Below, in pieces: positions 10,738-23,292 of a stretch of DNA of 43,099 nt. Both the position numbers and the translations under genes were made by a program. A model generated the notes under the pieces. That model made no database searches, was not told the DNA's origin, and worked only from the letters and a program-made list of their open reading frames with translations. Source of the stretch: Methanobacteriaceae archaeon (GTDB lineage: Archaea > Methanobacteriota > Methanobacteria > Methanobacteriales > Methanobacteriaceae); contig PWMT01000055.1 in NCBI GenBank assembly GCA_003558085.1, positions 1 through 43,099 of the forward strand. The letters run 5' to 3'. Within the stretch, counting starts at the first letter, position 1, and each line of letters opens with the position of its first letter.

Positions 10738-11829
10738 ATGAGTAAAGTAAACCAAGACGAAATTGTAAGTATTCTTGATGGATATAATAAAGAAGACCTA
10801 ACCATAGCCACTTTAGGAAGTCATACATCACTCCATATACTTAAAGGAGCACAAAATAAAGGTTTTAAGACTGCTGTAGTATGTGAAAAAGGAAGAGAAG
10901 TACCTTACCAGCGTTTCAAGGTGGCTGACGAATATATAATAATAGACAAATTTAGTGACATAGTTAACGAGGAAGTACAGGAACAATTAAAAGAAATGAA
11001 TAGTATAGTTGTTCCTCACGGATCTTTCGTGGCTTATGCTGGATTAGATCGCATAGAAAATGATTTTTATGTTCCTATGTTTGGAAATAGGGATATTTTA
11101 AGATGGGAAGCTGAAAGAGATCTGGAGAGAAAGTTAATTAAGGATTCTGGTATAAGAATGCCTTATAAATATGATAATCCAGAAGATATTGATCGAGCAG
11201 TTATAGTAAAATTTCCAGGTGCTAGAGGAGGAAAAGGCTATTTTGTAGCATCTTCTGCTGAAGAATTTGAGGAAAGGATTGCAGCCATGCAAGAGAGAAA
11301 CTGGATTGAAGAAGAAGATATTTCCCATGCACATATTGAAGAATATATCTCTGGAACAAATTTCTGTGTACATTTCTTCTATTCTGTATTGCATGATGAA
11401 GTAGAAGTACTGGGTATGGATAGTCGTTTTGAATCAAATATTGATGGTTTGGTACGAATACCAGCTAAAGATCAGTTAGAAGTGGGATTAGATCCTTCTT
11501 ATGTTATCACTGGAAATCATCCTGTGGTAATGAGAGAATCGCTGCTACCACAGGTATTTGACATTGGAGATAGATTGGTAGATGCTGCTAAAAATCTGGT
11601 ACCTCCTGGAATGAACGGACCTTTCTGTTTACAGACCATGTGCACTGATAATTTGGAAATAATAACCTTTGAAATGAGTGCTCGTACTGATGGAGGATCC
11701 AATACATTCATGAATGGTTCTGCCTATAGTTACCTTTTATTCGGTGAAGAAATGAGTATGGGGCAGAGAATAAGTCATGAAATCAAAAAGGGTATTAAAG
11801 AAAACAAATTAGAAGATTTAATAACCTAA
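10738..11829 (+). CDS. purP: AICAR-formate ligase (ATP-grasp)
   Basis: IATLGSHTSL, PHGSFVAY, VKFPGARGGKGYF, RFESNIDG, GPFCLQ and FEMSAR motifs. Confidence 0.93.
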   Translation: MSKVNQDEIVSILDGYNKEDLTIATLGSHTSLHILKGAQNKGFKTAVVCEKGREVPYQRFKVADEYIIIDKFSDIVNEEVQEQLKEMNSIVVPHGSFVAYAGLDRIENDFYVPMFGNRDILRWEAERDLERKLIKDSGIRMPYKYDNPEDIDRAVIVKFPGARGGKGYFVASSAEEFEERIAAMQERNWIEEEDISHAHIEEYISGTNFCVHFFYSVLHDEVEVLGMDSRFESNIDGLVRIPAKDQLEVGLDPSYVITGNHPVVMRESLLPQVFDIGDRLVDAAKNLVPPGMNGPFCLQTMCTDNLEIITFEMSARTDGGSNTFMNGSAYSYLLFGEEMSMGQRISHEIKKGIKENKLEDLIT

Positions 11830-12049
11830 ATTTATTTACCTTTTTAGGTTTATTAAAGATGAAATCAGCCTATTTATTTTTTACTAAAAAATTAATAAGT
11901 TTAGATTTAAGCGCAATTAAAGCAAATAATTTATTAAATTGGATATATCTAAAGAATAGTGAAAACTTACTGAAAAATATTTATATAGCATGAAAGTTAA
12001 AGTAGATTTAGAACTGTTTTTACTATTATTTTTTATTCGAGGTGTATTT

Positions 12050-12682
12050 ATGGACAATCAAAACACATTAAAAGGCACTACAACTGTAGGTATAACTTGT
12101 AAAGATGGAGTTGTTTTTGCCACAGAAAGAAGAGCCAGTATGGGTAATCTGATTGCCCATAAGGTTGCCGATAAAATTTTCAAAATTGATGATCACATAG
12201 GAGCAACTATTGCTGGATCTGTAGCTGATGCCCAGACTCTGATGAAATACATTAGTGCCGAAGTAGTTTTATACAAAATGAGAAACAGTGTACGAATGAG
12301 CATCGAATCCGCATCAGCATTAGCTTCAAATATTTTACATGCATCCAGATTTTATCCTTATTTTGTACAGACACTCTTAGGAGGAGTAGATGATACAGGA
12401 GCTAAAATTTATTCTCTAGATCCTTCTGGTGGAATGATATTAGATAAATTTATTGCAACTGGATCAGGATCTCCCATTGCTTATGGTGTTCTAGAAGATC
12501 GTTATAGTGAAGATCTTTACATTGAAGAAGGAGTTGAAATTGCTATTCGCTCACTTAAATCAGCCATGGAAAGAGATAGTTTTTCTGGAAATGGTATACA
12601 AGTGGCCACCATAACTGAAGAAGAAGGATTTAAAATATTAGATGAAAACGAAGTAAAAAAGAAGACCGAAGAAATTAACTAA
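12050..12682 (+). CDS. psmB: Proteasome subunit beta
   Basis: Propeptide MDNQNTLKG|TTTVG, GSVADAQ, ATGSGS and AMERD motifs. ATG 12050 follows SD GAGGTG. Confidence 0.96.
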   Translation: MDNQNTLKGTTTVGITCKDGVVFATERRASMGNLIAHKVADKIFKIDDHIGATIAGSVADAQTLMKYISAEVVLYKMRNSVRMSIESASALASNILHASRFYPYFVQTLLGGVDDTGAKIYSLDPSGGMILDKFIATGSGSPIAYGVLEDRYSEDLYIEEGVEIAIRSLKSAMERDSFSGNGIQVATITEEEGFKILDENEVKKKTEEIN

Positions 12683-12783
12683 TTTTTGCCCTAAGTTTTT
12701 AAATTTTTTTTATTATAAATTAAATTGATTTTTAGCATAAAAAAAAGTTTTATGCTATTTTCTATTTTTTTCGAAGTGATTTT

Positions 12784-14691
12784 ATGGTTTCAGAGATTCT
12801 AGAAGAAATCAAAAAAACAATAGTACAAGGATTACCGCCTAGAGTACAAGTAGCTAAAATTGAATTTGAAGGACCAGAAGTGGTAATATACACTAAAAAT
12901 CCGGAAATAATTACTGAAAATGGAGATATGATTAGAGATTTGGCTAAAGATATACGAAAAAGAATAATCATACGTTCAGATCGTTCCGTGCTAAGTGAAC
13001 CTGAAAAGGCCATTAAAAAAATACAAGAAATAGTTCCTGAAGAAGCTAAAATAACCAATATTTCTTTTGATGATGTAACATGTGAAATCATTATTGAAGC
13101 CCGTAAACCAGGACTTGTAATTGGAAAATACGGATCAACCTCTAGAGAAATTGTAAAAAAAACAGGTTGGGCTCCGAAGATTTTAAGAACACCTCCTATT
13201 TCTTCTGAAATTATAGAAAGAATTAGAAGAACCTTACGACACAATAGTAAAGAGAGAAAGAAAATCTTACAACAATTAGGGAATCAAATTCATCAGGAAA
13301 TTAAATATGATAATGATTGGACTCGTATTACATCCATGGGAGGTTTCCGAGAAGTAGGCCGTTCTTGTTTATTTTTACAAACTCCCAATAGTAGAGTTCT
13401 TCTTGATTGTGGAGTAAATGTTGCTGGTGGAGATGATAAAAGCTCTTATCCTTTTTTAAATGTTCCTGAATTTGTTTTAGATGATTTAGATGCAGTTATC
13501 ATATCTCATGCTCATCTGGACCATTCTGGATTTTTACCTTATCTTTATCATTATGGTTATGAAGGTCCAGTTTATTGTACTACCCCTACTAGAGATCTTA
13601 TGACTCTATTACAGTTAGATCATATTGATATAGCTCATAGAGAAGATGAACCATTACCTTTCAATGTTAAAAATGTTAAAGAAAGTGTTAAACATACTAT
13701 TACTCTTGATTATGGAGAAGTAACTGATATAGCCCCAGATATTCGTTTAACATTACATAATTCTGGCCATATTATTGGCTCTGCCATGGCACATATGCAC
13801 ATTGGTGATGGACAGCACAACATGGTCTATACTGGAGATTTTAAATATGAAAGAAGCCGTCTTTTAGAAACAGCGGTTACTAAATTTCCACGAATAGAAA
13901 CATTGGTCATGGAAAGTACCTATGGAGGACATGATGATGTTCAACCTTCTAGGAATACTGCAGAAAAAGAACTGATGAAAACCATTTATCAAACCCTTAA
14001 GAGAAAAGGTAAAATTCTAATACCTGTTTTTGCAGTAGGAAGGGCCCAGGAATTGATGATAGTATTGGAAGAATATATGAGGAATGGTCTAATTGAAGAT
14101 GTACCTATCTACATTGATGGAATGATATGGGAGGCTAATGCCATACACACCGCCCGACCAGAATATCTAAGTAAAGACTTAAGAGATCAAATATTCCATA
14201 TGGGACGAAATCCTTTCATCTCTGAGATTTTCCATAAGGTGAATGGAATTGATGAAAGAAAGGATATTGTAGAAGGTGAACCCTCTATTATCTTATCTAC
14301 TTCTGGTATGCTTACCGGGGGAAATTCTGTAGAATACTTCAAATGGCTCTGTGAAGATGAGCGAAATTCATTAGTATTTGTAGGTTATCAAGCTGAAGGT
14401 TCACTAGGTCGAAGAATACAGAAAGGTTGGACTGAAATTCCACTAAAAGAAGAAGGAAAGACCAAGGTTTATAATGTTAAAATGGAAATAAAAAATATTG
14501 AAGGATTTAGTGGACATTCTGACCGTCGTCAATTAATGGAATATGTACGTCGTTTATCTCCTAAACCAGAGAAGATTTTAGTATGTCATGGTGATAATTA
14601 TAAAACCCTTGACCTTGCTTCCAGTTTATATCGTAGTTATAAAATAGAAACTAAAACCCCTATGAATCTGGAAACCGTGCGCATTCAATAA
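12784..14691 (+). CDS. fttA: aCPSF1/FttA: KH plus beta-CASP ribonuclease and transcription termination factor
   Basis: Two KH domains (PGLVIGKYG), EVGRSC, SHAHLDH, GHIIGS, YTGD, MESTYG, GFSGHSD and HGD motifs. Confidence 0.96.
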   Translation: MVSEILEEIKKTIVQGLPPRVQVAKIEFEGPEVVIYTKNPEIITENGDMIRDLAKDIRKRIIIRSDRSVLSEPEKAIKKIQEIVPEEAKITNISFDDVTCEIIIEARKPGLVIGKYGSTSREIVKKTGWAPKILRTPPISSEIIERIRRTLRHNSKERKKILQQLGNQIHQEIKYDNDWTRITSMGGFREVGRSCLFLQTPNSRVLLDCGVNVAGGDDKSSYPFLNVPEFVLDDLDAVIISHAHLDHSGFLPYLYHYGYEGPVYCTTPTRDLMTLLQLDHIDIAHREDEPLPFNVKNVKESVKHTITLDYGEVTDIAPDIRLTLHNSGHIIGSAMAHMHIGDGQHNMVYTGDFKYERSRLLETAVTKFPRIETLVMESTYGGHDDVQPSRNTAEKELMKTIYQTLKRKGKILIPVFAVGRAQELMIVLEEYMRNGLIEDVPIYIDGMIWEANAIHTARPEYLSKDLRDQIFHMGRNPFISEIFHKVNGIDERKDIVEGEPSIILSTSGMLTGGNSVEYFKWLCEDERNSLVFVGYQAEGSLGRRIQKGWTEIPLKEEGKTKVYNVKMEIKNIEGFSGHSDRRQLMEYVRRLSPKPEKILVCHGDNYKTLDLASSLYRSYKIETKTPMNLETVRIQ

Positions 14692-14829
14692 GAATATTAC
14701 CTATACAAAAAAATCGTGCGCTGATAATTACTATGATAATAAAAAAGGATGAGAATAGTCTAAAAATTTTAAGATAGTTTAAAAAAGGATACTTAAAGGG
14801 GTTATGAAATGAATATAACGGGTGATTAA

Positions 14830-15858
14830 TTGGTAACCTATTCAGAATCTGGAGTAGACATTGATTTAGAGGAAGAAACAGTTTCTAAATTAACCTCCAG
14901 AATAAAAGAAACCCTCCACTATAGAGAAGTAATTACTGAAAGTGGCCATTTTGCCGCTCTTATGCCTTTAGGGGATAAAGCAATAGCTATGAGTACTGAT
15001 GGTGTAGGCAGCAAAATTTTGATAGCGGAGATGTTACATAAATACGATAGCGTAGGTATAGACTGTATTGCTATGGTAGTAAATGATTTAATATGTGTAG
15101 GTGCAGAGCCAATAGGTTTAGTAGATTATTTAGCTGTTGAAAAACCAGACCCCGATATAGCAGATCAGATTGGTAAAGGATTAGCTGAAGGTGCTAAAAT
15201 AGCGAAAATTTCTATTATAGGGGGAGAGACTGCTTCTTTACCTGAAATAGTTAGGAATTTTGATCTGGCTGGTACAGGTATAGGCTTGGTAGACGTGGAT
15301 AAAATAATAACTGGTGAAAAAATCCAAGCTGGCGATATACTTATAGGAATAGAAAGCAGCGGTATTCATAGTAATGGTCTAAGCTTAGCTAGAAAAGTTT
15401 TCTTTCAAGAAGCAGGGCTAAAAGTAGACGATGCTCTTCCTGGTTTTCCTAACCATAACCTGGGATTGGAACTTTTAAAACCCACTAATATTTATGTGGA
15501 ACCTATAATGGATCTTCTTAGTAGTGAAATAGAAGTACATGGCCTGGCTCATATAACTGGGGGCGGTTTTAATAATCTTAAACGTTTAAAAAAAGATATT
15601 GGTTATCAAATTAATTATTTACCAGATCCTCAACCAATATTTAAATCTATAAATTCCTTTAATGTTCCGATAAAAGAAATGTACCGTGTCTTCAATATGG
15701 GCATTGGTTTTATAGTGATTTTGAAAAGTGAAGATGCTAAAGAGGCCTTAAAGATTATTCAAAAATATAATAAAGCCTATCTTATTGGTGAAGCAGTACA
15801 TGATATAGGACAAAAAATTCAAATTAATACATTTACTAATAAGGTGATCGAGCTGTAG
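14830..15858 (+). CDS. purM: Phosphoribosylformylglycinamidine cyclo-ligase (AIR synthetase)
   Basis: [37 protein letters not shown] and FNMGIG motifs. TTG start after GGTGAT. Confidence 0.96.
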   Translation: MVTYSESGVDIDLEEETVSKLTSRIKETLHYREVITESGHFAALMPLGDKAIAMSTDGVGSKILIAEMLHKYDSVGIDCIAMVVNDLICVGAEPIGLVDYLAVEKPDPDIADQIGKGLAEGAKIAKISIIGGETASLPEIVRNFDLAGTGIGLVDVDKIITGEKIQAGDILIGIESSGIHSNGLSLARKVFFQEAGLKVDDALPGFPNHNLGLELLKPTNIYVEPIMDLLSSEIEVHGLAHITGGGFNNLKRLKKDIGYQINYLPDPQPIFKSINSFNVPIKEMYRVFNMGIGFIVILKSEDAKEALKIIQKYNKAYLIGEAVHDIGQKIQINTFTNKVIEL

Positions 15859-16009
15859 ATTTTATTATTACTTATCAACTAAAGTTTTAATGATTAATAC
15901 CTGAAATCAATTTATAATAATACGAGGATGGGCAAAAAGAAAGGTTGAATCTAAAAATTATTTAAAATAATATTAGTATAGATGAAAAAGGTATGAAGAG
16001 GTTTTTATC

Positions 16010-17035
16010 ATGAAAATTACGGCAGAACAAGAAAAATTGATAATCATGGAGATACTAAAAAAAATGAATGTTTCTCCAGAAGATGCCTATATTGTGGCTG
16101 AAGCCACTATGGATGCAGATTTGAAAGGTTTTTCCTCCCATGGAATAGGACGATTCCCCCAATATGTTAAAAGTCTACAAAACGGTTATATCCAACCTCA
16201 GGGAGAAATTGAAATTGAATCAGAAACTGTTTCCACTGCCTTAATAAATGGTAAAAAACTCTTTGGGCATGTAGTAACTTATAATGCGATGGAATTGGCA
16301 CTGGAAAAAGCAAAGGAAACCGGAGTAAGTGCTATAGGAATCCATAACTCTAATCATTTTGGTGTAGCTGGCTATTATTCAGATTTGGCTATAATGCAGG
16401 ATATGGTTGGAATTGTTATGGCCAATACCGAGCCAGCGGTAGCTCCTATTGGAGGTAAAGATCCCATACTAGGTACAAATCCAATATCCATTGGTATTCC
16501 ATCAAATCAGAACTATGTATCAGTAGATATGGCTACTTCGGCATCTGCTCGAGGAAAACTTTTAGAGGCATTTAGGAGAGGAGAAGAGATACCAGAAAAT
16601 GTTGCTTTAGATGTGGAGGGAAATCCCACTATTGATCCGGAAGAAGCCTTAAAAGGTTCCATACTTCCCTTTGGTGCCCATAAAGGTTATGCTCTAGCAT
16701 TTATGATTGAAATATTAGCTGGACCTATGGTTAAAGCTGCTTATGGTAAAGCAGTGACTGGTACAGCTAATCCGGATGTGATCTGTACTAAAGGAGATCT
16801 TATAATTGTTATAGATCCATCTAAATTTGTAGATTTAGAATACTTCAAGGATCAGGTAGATGAATTTATAGGAGAAATTAAAGTTGAGGAGAATGTAGTC
16901 ATACCTGGAGATATGGAGGTCATGAATGTTAAAAAACATATGGATCAAGGTATTGAAATTGATAATACACTATACCAACAATTACAAGAAATCTCTACTG
17001 ATTTAAATATTGATTTAGATGATTTAATTATTTAA
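16010..17035 (+). CDS. comC: L-sulfolactate dehydrogenase
   Basis: Ldh_2 family motifs (DLKG.SSHG, NSNHFG, LGTNP, DMATS, KGYAL). Directly upstream of comDE. Confidence 0.92.
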   Translation: MKITAEQEKLIIMEILKKMNVSPEDAYIVAEATMDADLKGFSSHGIGRFPQYVKSLQNGYIQPQGEIEIESETVSTALINGKKLFGHVVTYNAMELALEKAKETGVSAIGIHNSNHFGVAGYYSDLAIMQDMVGIVMANTEPAVAPIGGKDPILGTNPISIGIPSNQNYVSVDMATSASARGKLLEAFRRGEEIPENVALDVEGNPTIDPEEALKGSILPFGAHKGYALAFMIEILAGPMVKAAYGKAVTGTANPDVICTKGDLIIVIDPSKFVDLEYFKDQVDEFIGEIKVEENVVIPGDMEVMNVKKHMDQGIEIDNTLYQQLQEISTDLNIDLDDLII

Positions 17036-17053
17036 TTGAGGAGAGATTAAATT

Positions 17054-17545
17054 ATGGAAAGTAGCCGAGCCGTTTATCAGGGATTAGTGGAAGCCGGAAT
17101 AGATTTTGTGGTGAGTTTACCCTGCATTAATTTAAAAGAATTATTAAAAATGGTGGAAGCTACTCCAGATATGATACATATACCCGTCACCCGGGAAGAA
17201 GAGGGTATTGGAATTTGTGCTGGCGCATACCTGGCTGGGAAAAAAACAGCTATATTGATGCAGAACTCCGGATTAGGGAACAGTGTGAATGTTCTTGCCT
17301 CCCTATTTAAATTATATCATATGCCTTTACTTATGATTATTAGCCATCGTGGTACTTTAGGCGAGAAAATTAATGGTCAGATCCCTATGGGAAAAGCCAC
17401 CCCTAAAATTTTAGATTCACTCGATATAACATTCTTTAAACCTGATAATTCTAAAAAAGCCTTTAATATTATTTTAAAATCTTGGGAACATTCACAATTA
17501 AGTGGAGTTCCGGTGGGAGTACTTTTAGATAATCAATACTGGTAG
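17054..17545 (+). CDS. comD: Sulfopyruvate decarboxylase subunit alpha
   Basis: [28 protein letters not shown] and SHRG..GE...QIPMG motifs. Confidence 0.94.
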   Translation: MESSRAVYQGLVEAGIDFVVSLPCINLKELLKMVEATPDMIHIPVTREEEGIGICAGAYLAGKKTAILMQNSGLGNSVNVLASLFKLYHMPLLMIISHRGTLGEKINGQIPMGKATPKILDSLDITFFKPDNSKKAFNIILKSWEHSQLSGVPVGVLLDNQYW

Positions 17546-17571
17546 GAAATATATTAGAAGTGGTGATTGAT

Positions 17572-18165
17572 TTGGATCGTATAAAAGCTTTGGCCCAAAT
17601 AATCGATGAATTAGATGAAGAACTGGTCATATGTAATATTGGATTTCCTTCCCGGGAGCTTTATCAAATCCAAGATAATGTAAAATATTTTTATATGCTG
17701 GGATCAATGGGCCTAGCCTCATCGATAGGTTTAGGATTAGCTATTTCAATTTTAAATGAAGCGGGAAAATCTGGTGAAAATCCTCGCAAAGTAGTGGTTT
17801 TTGATGGTGATGGATCAATTTTGATGAATCTGGGGAGTTTAATTACTATAAGTGCACAAAAACCTTCTAATTTAATTTTAATAACTCTAGACAATAAGTG
17901 CTATGGATCAACAGGTTGTCAAAGTACATATAGTGAAAAAGTAAATTTATCAGATCTTGCACGAGTAGCAGGTTTTCCCACAGTATTGGTTTTTGAAGAA
18001 AAAATTGAATTCAAAAAAGCACTGGAAAGTAAAGGTCCGGTTTTTGTACAGATGAAAGTTAATCCAGGTAATGCTGATGTTCCTATAATTGATTTAGAGC
18101 CCGAAGAAATTAAATACCGTTTTATGCAAGAAATAAAGAATAGTAAACTAGCCCTTAAAAAATAA
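17572..18165 (+). CDS. comE: Sulfopyruvate decarboxylase subunit beta
   Basis: [17 protein letters not shown] and the TPP motif DGDGS...DN..YGSTG.Q. TTG 17572 follows SD GGTGAT. The ORF track starts at GTG 17560. Confidence 0.93.
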   Translation: MDRIKALAQIIDELDEELVICNIGFPSRELYQIQDNVKYFYMLGSMGLASSIGLGLAISILNEAGKSGENPRKVVVFDGDGSILMNLGSLITISAQKPSNLILITLDNKCYGSTGCQSTYSEKVNLSDLARVAGFPTVLVFEEKIEFKKALESKGPVFVQMKVNPGNADVPIIDLEPEEIKYRFMQEIKNSKLALKK

Positions 18166-18186
18166 ATTTAAGTTCTGCTTTTAATC

Positions 18187-19974
18187 TTAATTCTGGTATT
18201 CAGGATTATAGGTTGCATAAAAACCATCAGTATCAGCATAAATACTATGGAATCCGAACATTTTTGCTTCTTCCATAGTTTTTTTAATGTAATCTCTTCC
18301 CCAGGCAGTAATTGCTTCAGCACACTCAAGACAATACCATCTGAATCGAGAATAACCATAAACCCCGTACATTGTATTAGCCAATCTTTTTAATGCATCT
18401 TGCTGCACATTTAACATTTTTTTCTCTAAAAGATCATCTGAATCACGCATTTTATATTTAAGGCGGGATCTTTCTTTAAGAACTTGGCCTATAACCGAGG
18501 GTATGAAACCTCGAGGTTCTTTTAAAAATTTATAACCACTTTCTGGAGCAAGATATACCTTTAAATCCTCCCCATCAGTTAGAGTATCTGGAGATACATT
18601 TTTAGAAATAATGATGCTGGGATAGAGACTTCGAAAATCAAACTGAACTATATTTTCATGTAAACCTTTTTCTGGTTCTTTAACATAACCACCCTCAACA
18701 CTTTTCCCTCGCCTTATAGAATATTGTGTATGGGATGGTTTATTAGGAGCAATTTCACCAAATTCATGTGCTTTTCGAATTAAAAACCATTCCACCTGCT
18801 GACCTGTAGTCATTCTAGAAAGATCAAACAAGGGCTGGCCTACAATACGGCTAAGTTCTAGATTTAAGGGCAGAATTTTCTCTCCAATTTCATAGGTAGC
18901 TATTACATCTTCACGTGCATAATAGAAAAGTTTCTCAAGGGATTCTCCCTCAGCATCCCAGTATTTCCATAATTTATCACCAGGCAGATCTAATTTTTGC
19001 TCCCCAAACAATTCCAGATAGACTCTTTCTAGAGTATAACGATCCAGATGCATGTAACGCCTCATCACTAAGTATAAATCCACGTGTATTATTCCTTTTA
19101 TGGATGCTGAATTAGCAAAACCTCTTCTTAAGAATTTTAAATTAGATCCATCGACGCCTAAATCCATTTTAACTCCCAATAATTTGGCACGATCTTTTAT
19201 ATATGGGAAATCAAAATTATCTGAATTATAACCCACTAAAAGATCTGGCTGATAATTTTTTATGGTATCCACAAATTTTTCTAATATTTCCTTCTCATTG
19301 GCTGCTTTCTCTACAAATTGGTGATCCTCTCCTTTAGTGGAAATTACCTTGTCCAGACCCATATTCCCTGCGATTCCTATCATGATTATTTCATCTTTTT
19401 CTGCATTAGGCATTCCATCTGGATTTCTAACTTCGATATCAAAACTTAATATCTTCAATTCTGGAAAATCAGATTCTACATGCTTAGGCGGGTTTTTAAT
19501 TTCCATGAGCTGAGTATTTTTTGAGGACGAGAAAACCGAGGAAGATGATTTAATTAAATCTCCTTTAATTTTTATCTCCGACATGGGAAATATTCCTTTA
19601 TCAATTAAATAACGACGATAAAAAGGAATATCGTGTTCTCTTATCTCTTTTACTTCACTTAGGCCCCATATATCATCTCTAAGTCGTGGAACATCTTGGG
19701 GATGTTTTAAAGTAACTTTAAACACATTTAAATCTCTACCCAAGTCTTTACGTTTAATTTCTTCGATATTATCTAAGCCTAAACTTTGAAGCTGTTCTCT
19801 GCAAAGATCTAGATCAGAAGGTATAACATATATATATGGTTTGAAACTCTTATCCAAAGCTATAATAATTTTATCATCTTCTGATCCTTGCTCTCTTCCA
19901 AATAATCTAATTACTGGTTTTTCTTTTATAGTGACATAATCAATATCCAGTAAAATCATGTTTAATGTTTCCAT
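18187..19974 (-). CDS. polB1: Family B DNA polymerase, large subunit of the split Methanobacteriales PolB
   Basis: Exonuclease motifs [12 protein letters not shown] and Y...D. Polymerase motifs [19 protein letters not shown] and YADTDG. The ORF ends 11 residues after YADTDG, without a thumb domain. Confidence 0.93.
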   Translation of the reverse strand: METLNMILLDIDYVTIKEKPVIRLFGREQGSEDDKIIIALDKSFKPYIYVIPSDLDLCREQLQSLGLDNIEEIKRKDLGRDLNVFKVTLKHPQDVPRLRDDIWGLSEVKEIREHDIPFYRRYLIDKGIFPMSEIKIKGDLIKSSSSVFSSSKNTQLMEIKNPPKHVESDFPELKILSFDIEVRNPDGMPNAEKDEIIMIGIAGNMGLDKVISTKGEDHQFVEKAANEKEILEKFVDTIKNYQPDLLVGYNSDNFDFPYIKDRAKLLGVKMDLGVDGSNLKFLRRGFANSASIKGIIHVDLYLVMRRYMHLDRYTLERVYLELFGEQKLDLPGDKLWKYWDAEGESLEKLFYYAREDVIATYEIGEKILPLNLELSRIVGQPLFDLSRMTTGQQVEWFLIRKAHEFGEIAPNKPSHTQYSIRRGKSVEGGYVKEPEKGLHENIVQFDFRSLYPSIIISKNVSPDTLTDGEDLKVYLAPESGYKFLKEPRGFIPSVIGQVLKERSRLKYKMRDSDDLLEKKMLNVQQDALKRLANTMYGVYGYSRFRWYCLECAEAITAWGRDYIKKTMEEAKMFGFHSIYADTDGFYATYNPEYQN

Positions 19975-20232
19975 AACAGTATAGTTTAAATTTAATAGTA
20001 TAAATTTTTAGATGAAACATGAAAACTAAGGAAAAATATCTTTTTAAAATGATGGTTATAAACTTAAAGTTAATTAGATGAAGATAATTAACCATATTTA
20101 AAAAGAAATAAAGTAATTCGATTAAAATAGAAGGTTAAATATTACATTATAATTTTTATATAAAAATTATATATTTTAGGGTCTATTAGTACTATAAATC
20201 TTTAGAACAGAAAAAATGAATTATTAGTCAAA

Positions 20233-21312
20233 TTAAGTTTCCTGTGATTTGGAGGATGAACTATCCAGATCAGACTTAGCAGATTCCTTTTTATATGTAA
20301 TTAAAGCTGCATATGTTACCCCCAAAACTAGAGGGCCTAATATAAATCCAGTTATACCCCATACTAATGGCCCTCCGATAAAACCCAATAAAAAGATCAA
20401 AGGATGTATATGTGCATATTTACCTGATACTTTAGGTCGGATATAGACATCGCTACCACTGAGTAATACCCCTAATATTAATACTAAACCTGCCCTTATA
20501 TAATTCCCCATAAATATATCATAAATAAAAAGGGCTATATATGTCGGCCATGGCCCTATAAAAGGCATAAATTCTAAAAATCCGGCTAGTATACCTAAAA
20601 ATGAGGCAAAGGGATACCCTAATATATAAAATCCAAGCCCAGCCATGAACCCAATTACCACTGCAGTTAAAAAATGGCCATAAAAAATGCTTTTTAATAC
20701 TTTATCTGTTTCAGCAAACATTTTATGGAAAAATCTTTTTTTATCCTCAGGAATAGATGAATTCAAATAATTCCAAACTTTATCTCCATCACGTGCCAGA
20801 TAAAAAACAGAGAATATGAATATAAATAAATTAACTGACACATAAAGTAGAGAAGTTACCCGTCCCAATAGATAATTAAGAATTCCTTTAAAAGTATCTT
20901 TAAGGAAGCTGCTTATAGTTTCCGCTAAAGGATTAACATAAGGCTGCAACTCCTCTGGGAGAAAAATTATTAAATCTGTTGAAAAAGAATTTATTCGTTC
21001 ATTAAGCGTCATAGACCCTGAATCTTGAGCTAAGCCTACCAATTCGGGTAATAAATTAATAAGAGAAACCACGGCATATATTATCAGTATAATTAAAGGT
21101 ATAATAACTAAAATCATGGCTACAATAATAGCTAAAGATTTATAACGTAAAAATGGTTCCATTTTTTGGGATAAAGGTTGAATAGCATAAGCAAAAACAG
21201 CTCCAATAATTATAATATTTAAAAATGGACTTAAAACTATTAGAGATAATATAAGTAGAATTAAAATTATAAACAAAGCTGAAGTAATCGTTCCTTTTAA
21301 TTTGTAGATCAT
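20233..21312 (-). CDS. AI-2E (UPF0118/PerM) family transporter
   Basis: Multiple TM segments. FY.ARDG, P.IG, IRPK and HPL....GFIGG...G..G.ILGP motifs. Confidence 0.9.
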   Translation of the reverse strand: MIYKLKGTITSALFIILILLILSLIVLSPFLNIIIIGAVFAYAIQPLSQKMEPFLRYKSLAIIVAMILVIIPLIILIIYAVVSLINLLPELVGLAQDSGSMTLNERINSFSTDLIIFLPEELQPYVNPLAETISSFLKDTFKGILNYLLGRVTSLLYVSVNLFIFIFSVFYLARDGDKVWNYLNSSIPEDKKRFFHKMFAETDKVLKSIFYGHFLTAVVIGFMAGLGFYILGYPFASFLGILAGFLEFMPFIGPWPTYIALFIYDIFMGNYIRAGLVLILGVLLSGSDVYIRPKVSGKYAHIHPLIFLLGFIGGPLVWGITGFILGPLVLGVTYAALITYKKESAKSDLDSSSSKSQET

Positions 21313-21409
21313 TTAATCCATTCCCTAACACATATGATATTATAATATTCAGAATAGTGCATTACATTTTATGATATAAATTTTTTATCTAAAAGATAGA
21401 ACTTGTACA

Positions 21410-22228
21410 TTAAAATGAAGTTGGCGTTCCTGAAGAATCCCGACGATATTTACCAAATTCGGTGATTAATTTTAGTTCATGTCCCCAGAAAACTGGACCT
21501 TCCACACAAACCCTCCAGCCAGTATCGTCCACACAGCACTGTCCACATAAACCTAGGGCGCATTTCATCCAGCGTTCTAGAGCTAATTGGCAGGGAATTT
21601 GATATTGATCTGCTAGATCTAGAACAGCTTTCATCATTAGCTCTGGTCCACAACTAACAATTAAATCATAACTATTTTCTTGTAATAGTGCTTTTAATCT
21701 ATCAGTAGCAAATCCTTTAAATCCACAGGTACCATCATCAGTACAACTTAAAACCCCAGCCCCAGCTTTTTGTAATCTTTCCCTAAATAAAATTTCATGC
21801 AAAGTTTGAGAGGCAGTAATAACATCTACTTTAACCCCTCTTTCTAAAGCAAAGTCTACAAATGCTGAAATGGGAGCCATTCCAATTCCACCACCTATTA
21901 CCAGTATATTAGAACCTATAAGTTCAAAACCTCGCCCGTAAGGCCCTCTTAGTCCTAATTTATCCCCTTTTTTTAGAGTATGTATATTAGTGGAAAATTC
22001 ACCAACTTTTTTTATGGAAAACCCAATTTGTTCTTTTATGGGATCTATTAACGAGAGAGACATGGGTTTTTCATCTTCAAAATTCCAGATCATCATAAAC
22101 TGTCCTGGTAGAGGATAATCAGATTTAGAGTCTAGTTTCCAGTCAAAAATAAAGGTTTTAACTGTATTGGATTCATTTTTTATATTTTTAATTTCCTTTA
22201 CCTGGGGAACATTAGATATATTTGACAT
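21410..22228 (-). CDS. pyrK: Dihydroorotate dehydrogenase electron transfer subunit
   Basis: PGQF, RGPYG.GF, GGGIG.AP, CGPE.M and MKCALGLCGQC...C.EGPVF motifs. Downstream of pyrD. Confidence 0.94.
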   Translation of the reverse strand: MSNISNVPQVKEIKNIKNESNTVKTFIFDWKLDSKSDYPLPGQFMMIWNFEDEKPMSLSLIDPIKEQIGFSIKKVGEFSTNIHTLKKGDKLGLRGPYGRGFELIGSNILVIGGGIGMAPISAFVDFALERGVKVDVITASQTLHEILFRERLQKAGAGVLSCTDDGTCGFKGFATDRLKALLQENSYDLIVSCGPELMMKAVLDLADQYQIPCQLALERWMKCALGLCGQCCVDDTGWRVCVEGPVFWGHELKLITEFGKYRRDSSGTPTSF

Positions 22229-22287
22229 AATTACTCCTAAACTACCTTAAAACTTAAAATTTAAAATTGCTTAAAGTGAGTGGGGCA

Positions 22288-23193
22288 CTAAATTTTATGG
22301 GAAATACCCACTAGATCCTCTACTTTACTATAATTATTTTCCAGCATATATTTTTCCAGACCATTGCTAATTTCAGTGAATACTTCTAGTCCCTGATACA
22401 TGATTGCAGTTCCAATTTGTACTGCACTGGCCCCGGCAAATAAAAATTCAAGCACATCCTGAAACTTCACGATACCCCCTACTCCTATGATAGGAACATC
22501 AACTACTTTAAAAACCTCATATACACATCGAAGAGCTATAGGTTTAATAGCCGGTCCTGACATTCCCCCTACTTTATTTGAGAGAATGGGAAGCCCTGTT
22601 TCCAGATCTATTTTTATTCCCGGTCCTAAACTATTAATTAAAGTCAAGGCATCAGTTCCTGCATTTACCGCGCTTAGAGCTATTTCGGTTAAATCAGTAA
22701 CATTGGGGGTGAGTTTAGTAATTATAGGAATGGAAACTTCATTTTTAACTGCTTTAACCACGGCAAAGGTAAGTTCCGGATCCTGGCCAATACTGGCTCC
22801 ACAACCCTCCATGGCATGGGGACAGGAAACATTTAATTCTAAAAAATCCACCAAATCTTCCATCTCTGCAGCTATTTCAGCAAATTCTCCTGGGGAAGAA
22901 CCATAAATAGATGCTGCTACTTTTACCTCATTATCTAGCTGATTAAGTTCCTTTTTGAAAGCGCTCAGTCCAGGATTGGAAAGACCAATGGCATTGATTA
23001 TCCCCCCTTCCACCGCTACTGTAGTAGGGTTCTTATAACCCTCATTAGGTTCCTTAGAAAATGATTTAGTTACTACCGCACCAGCTCCAGAACGATAAGC
23101 CCAATTTAATGAAGCTGCAGTGCTTCCCATTACTCCTGCAGCCAAAATGGTCGGATTAGTTAATTTAATCCCGCAAAGTTCGATTTCCAGCAT
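22288..23193 (-). CDS. pyrD: Dihydroorotate dehydrogenase 1B catalytic subunit
   Basis: NAIGLSNPG, ELNVSCPH, KLTPN, GGMSG.AIKP and IIGVGGI motifs. Confidence 0.96.
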   Translation of the reverse strand: MLEIELCGIKLTNPTILAAGVMGSTAASLNWAYRSGAGAVVTKSFSKEPNEGYKNPTTVAVEGGIINAIGLSNPGLSAFKKELNQLDNEVKVAASIYGSSPGEFAEIAAEMEDLVDFLELNVSCPHAMEGCGASIGQDPELTFAVVKAVKNEVSIPIITKLTPNVTDLTEIALSAVNAGTDALTLINSLGPGIKIDLETGLPILSNKVGGMSGPAIKPIALRCVYEVFKVVDVPIIGVGGIVKFQDVLEFLFAGASAVQIGTAIMYQGLEVFTEISNGLEKYMLENNYSKVEDLVGISHKI

Positions 23194-23292
23194 AAATACA
23201 CCTTGATAGATTTAAATCGTGTATTATAAATTATTTTTACATAAAATTGGAAATAATTAATAATTTAAATTATAGCATACAGATTTAATTAT

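Noticed and set aside
14676-14721. CGTGCGC repeated at the fttA end and upstream of purM
   Set aside because: A 7-bp repeat with one copy inside coding sequence, insufficient to call an operator.
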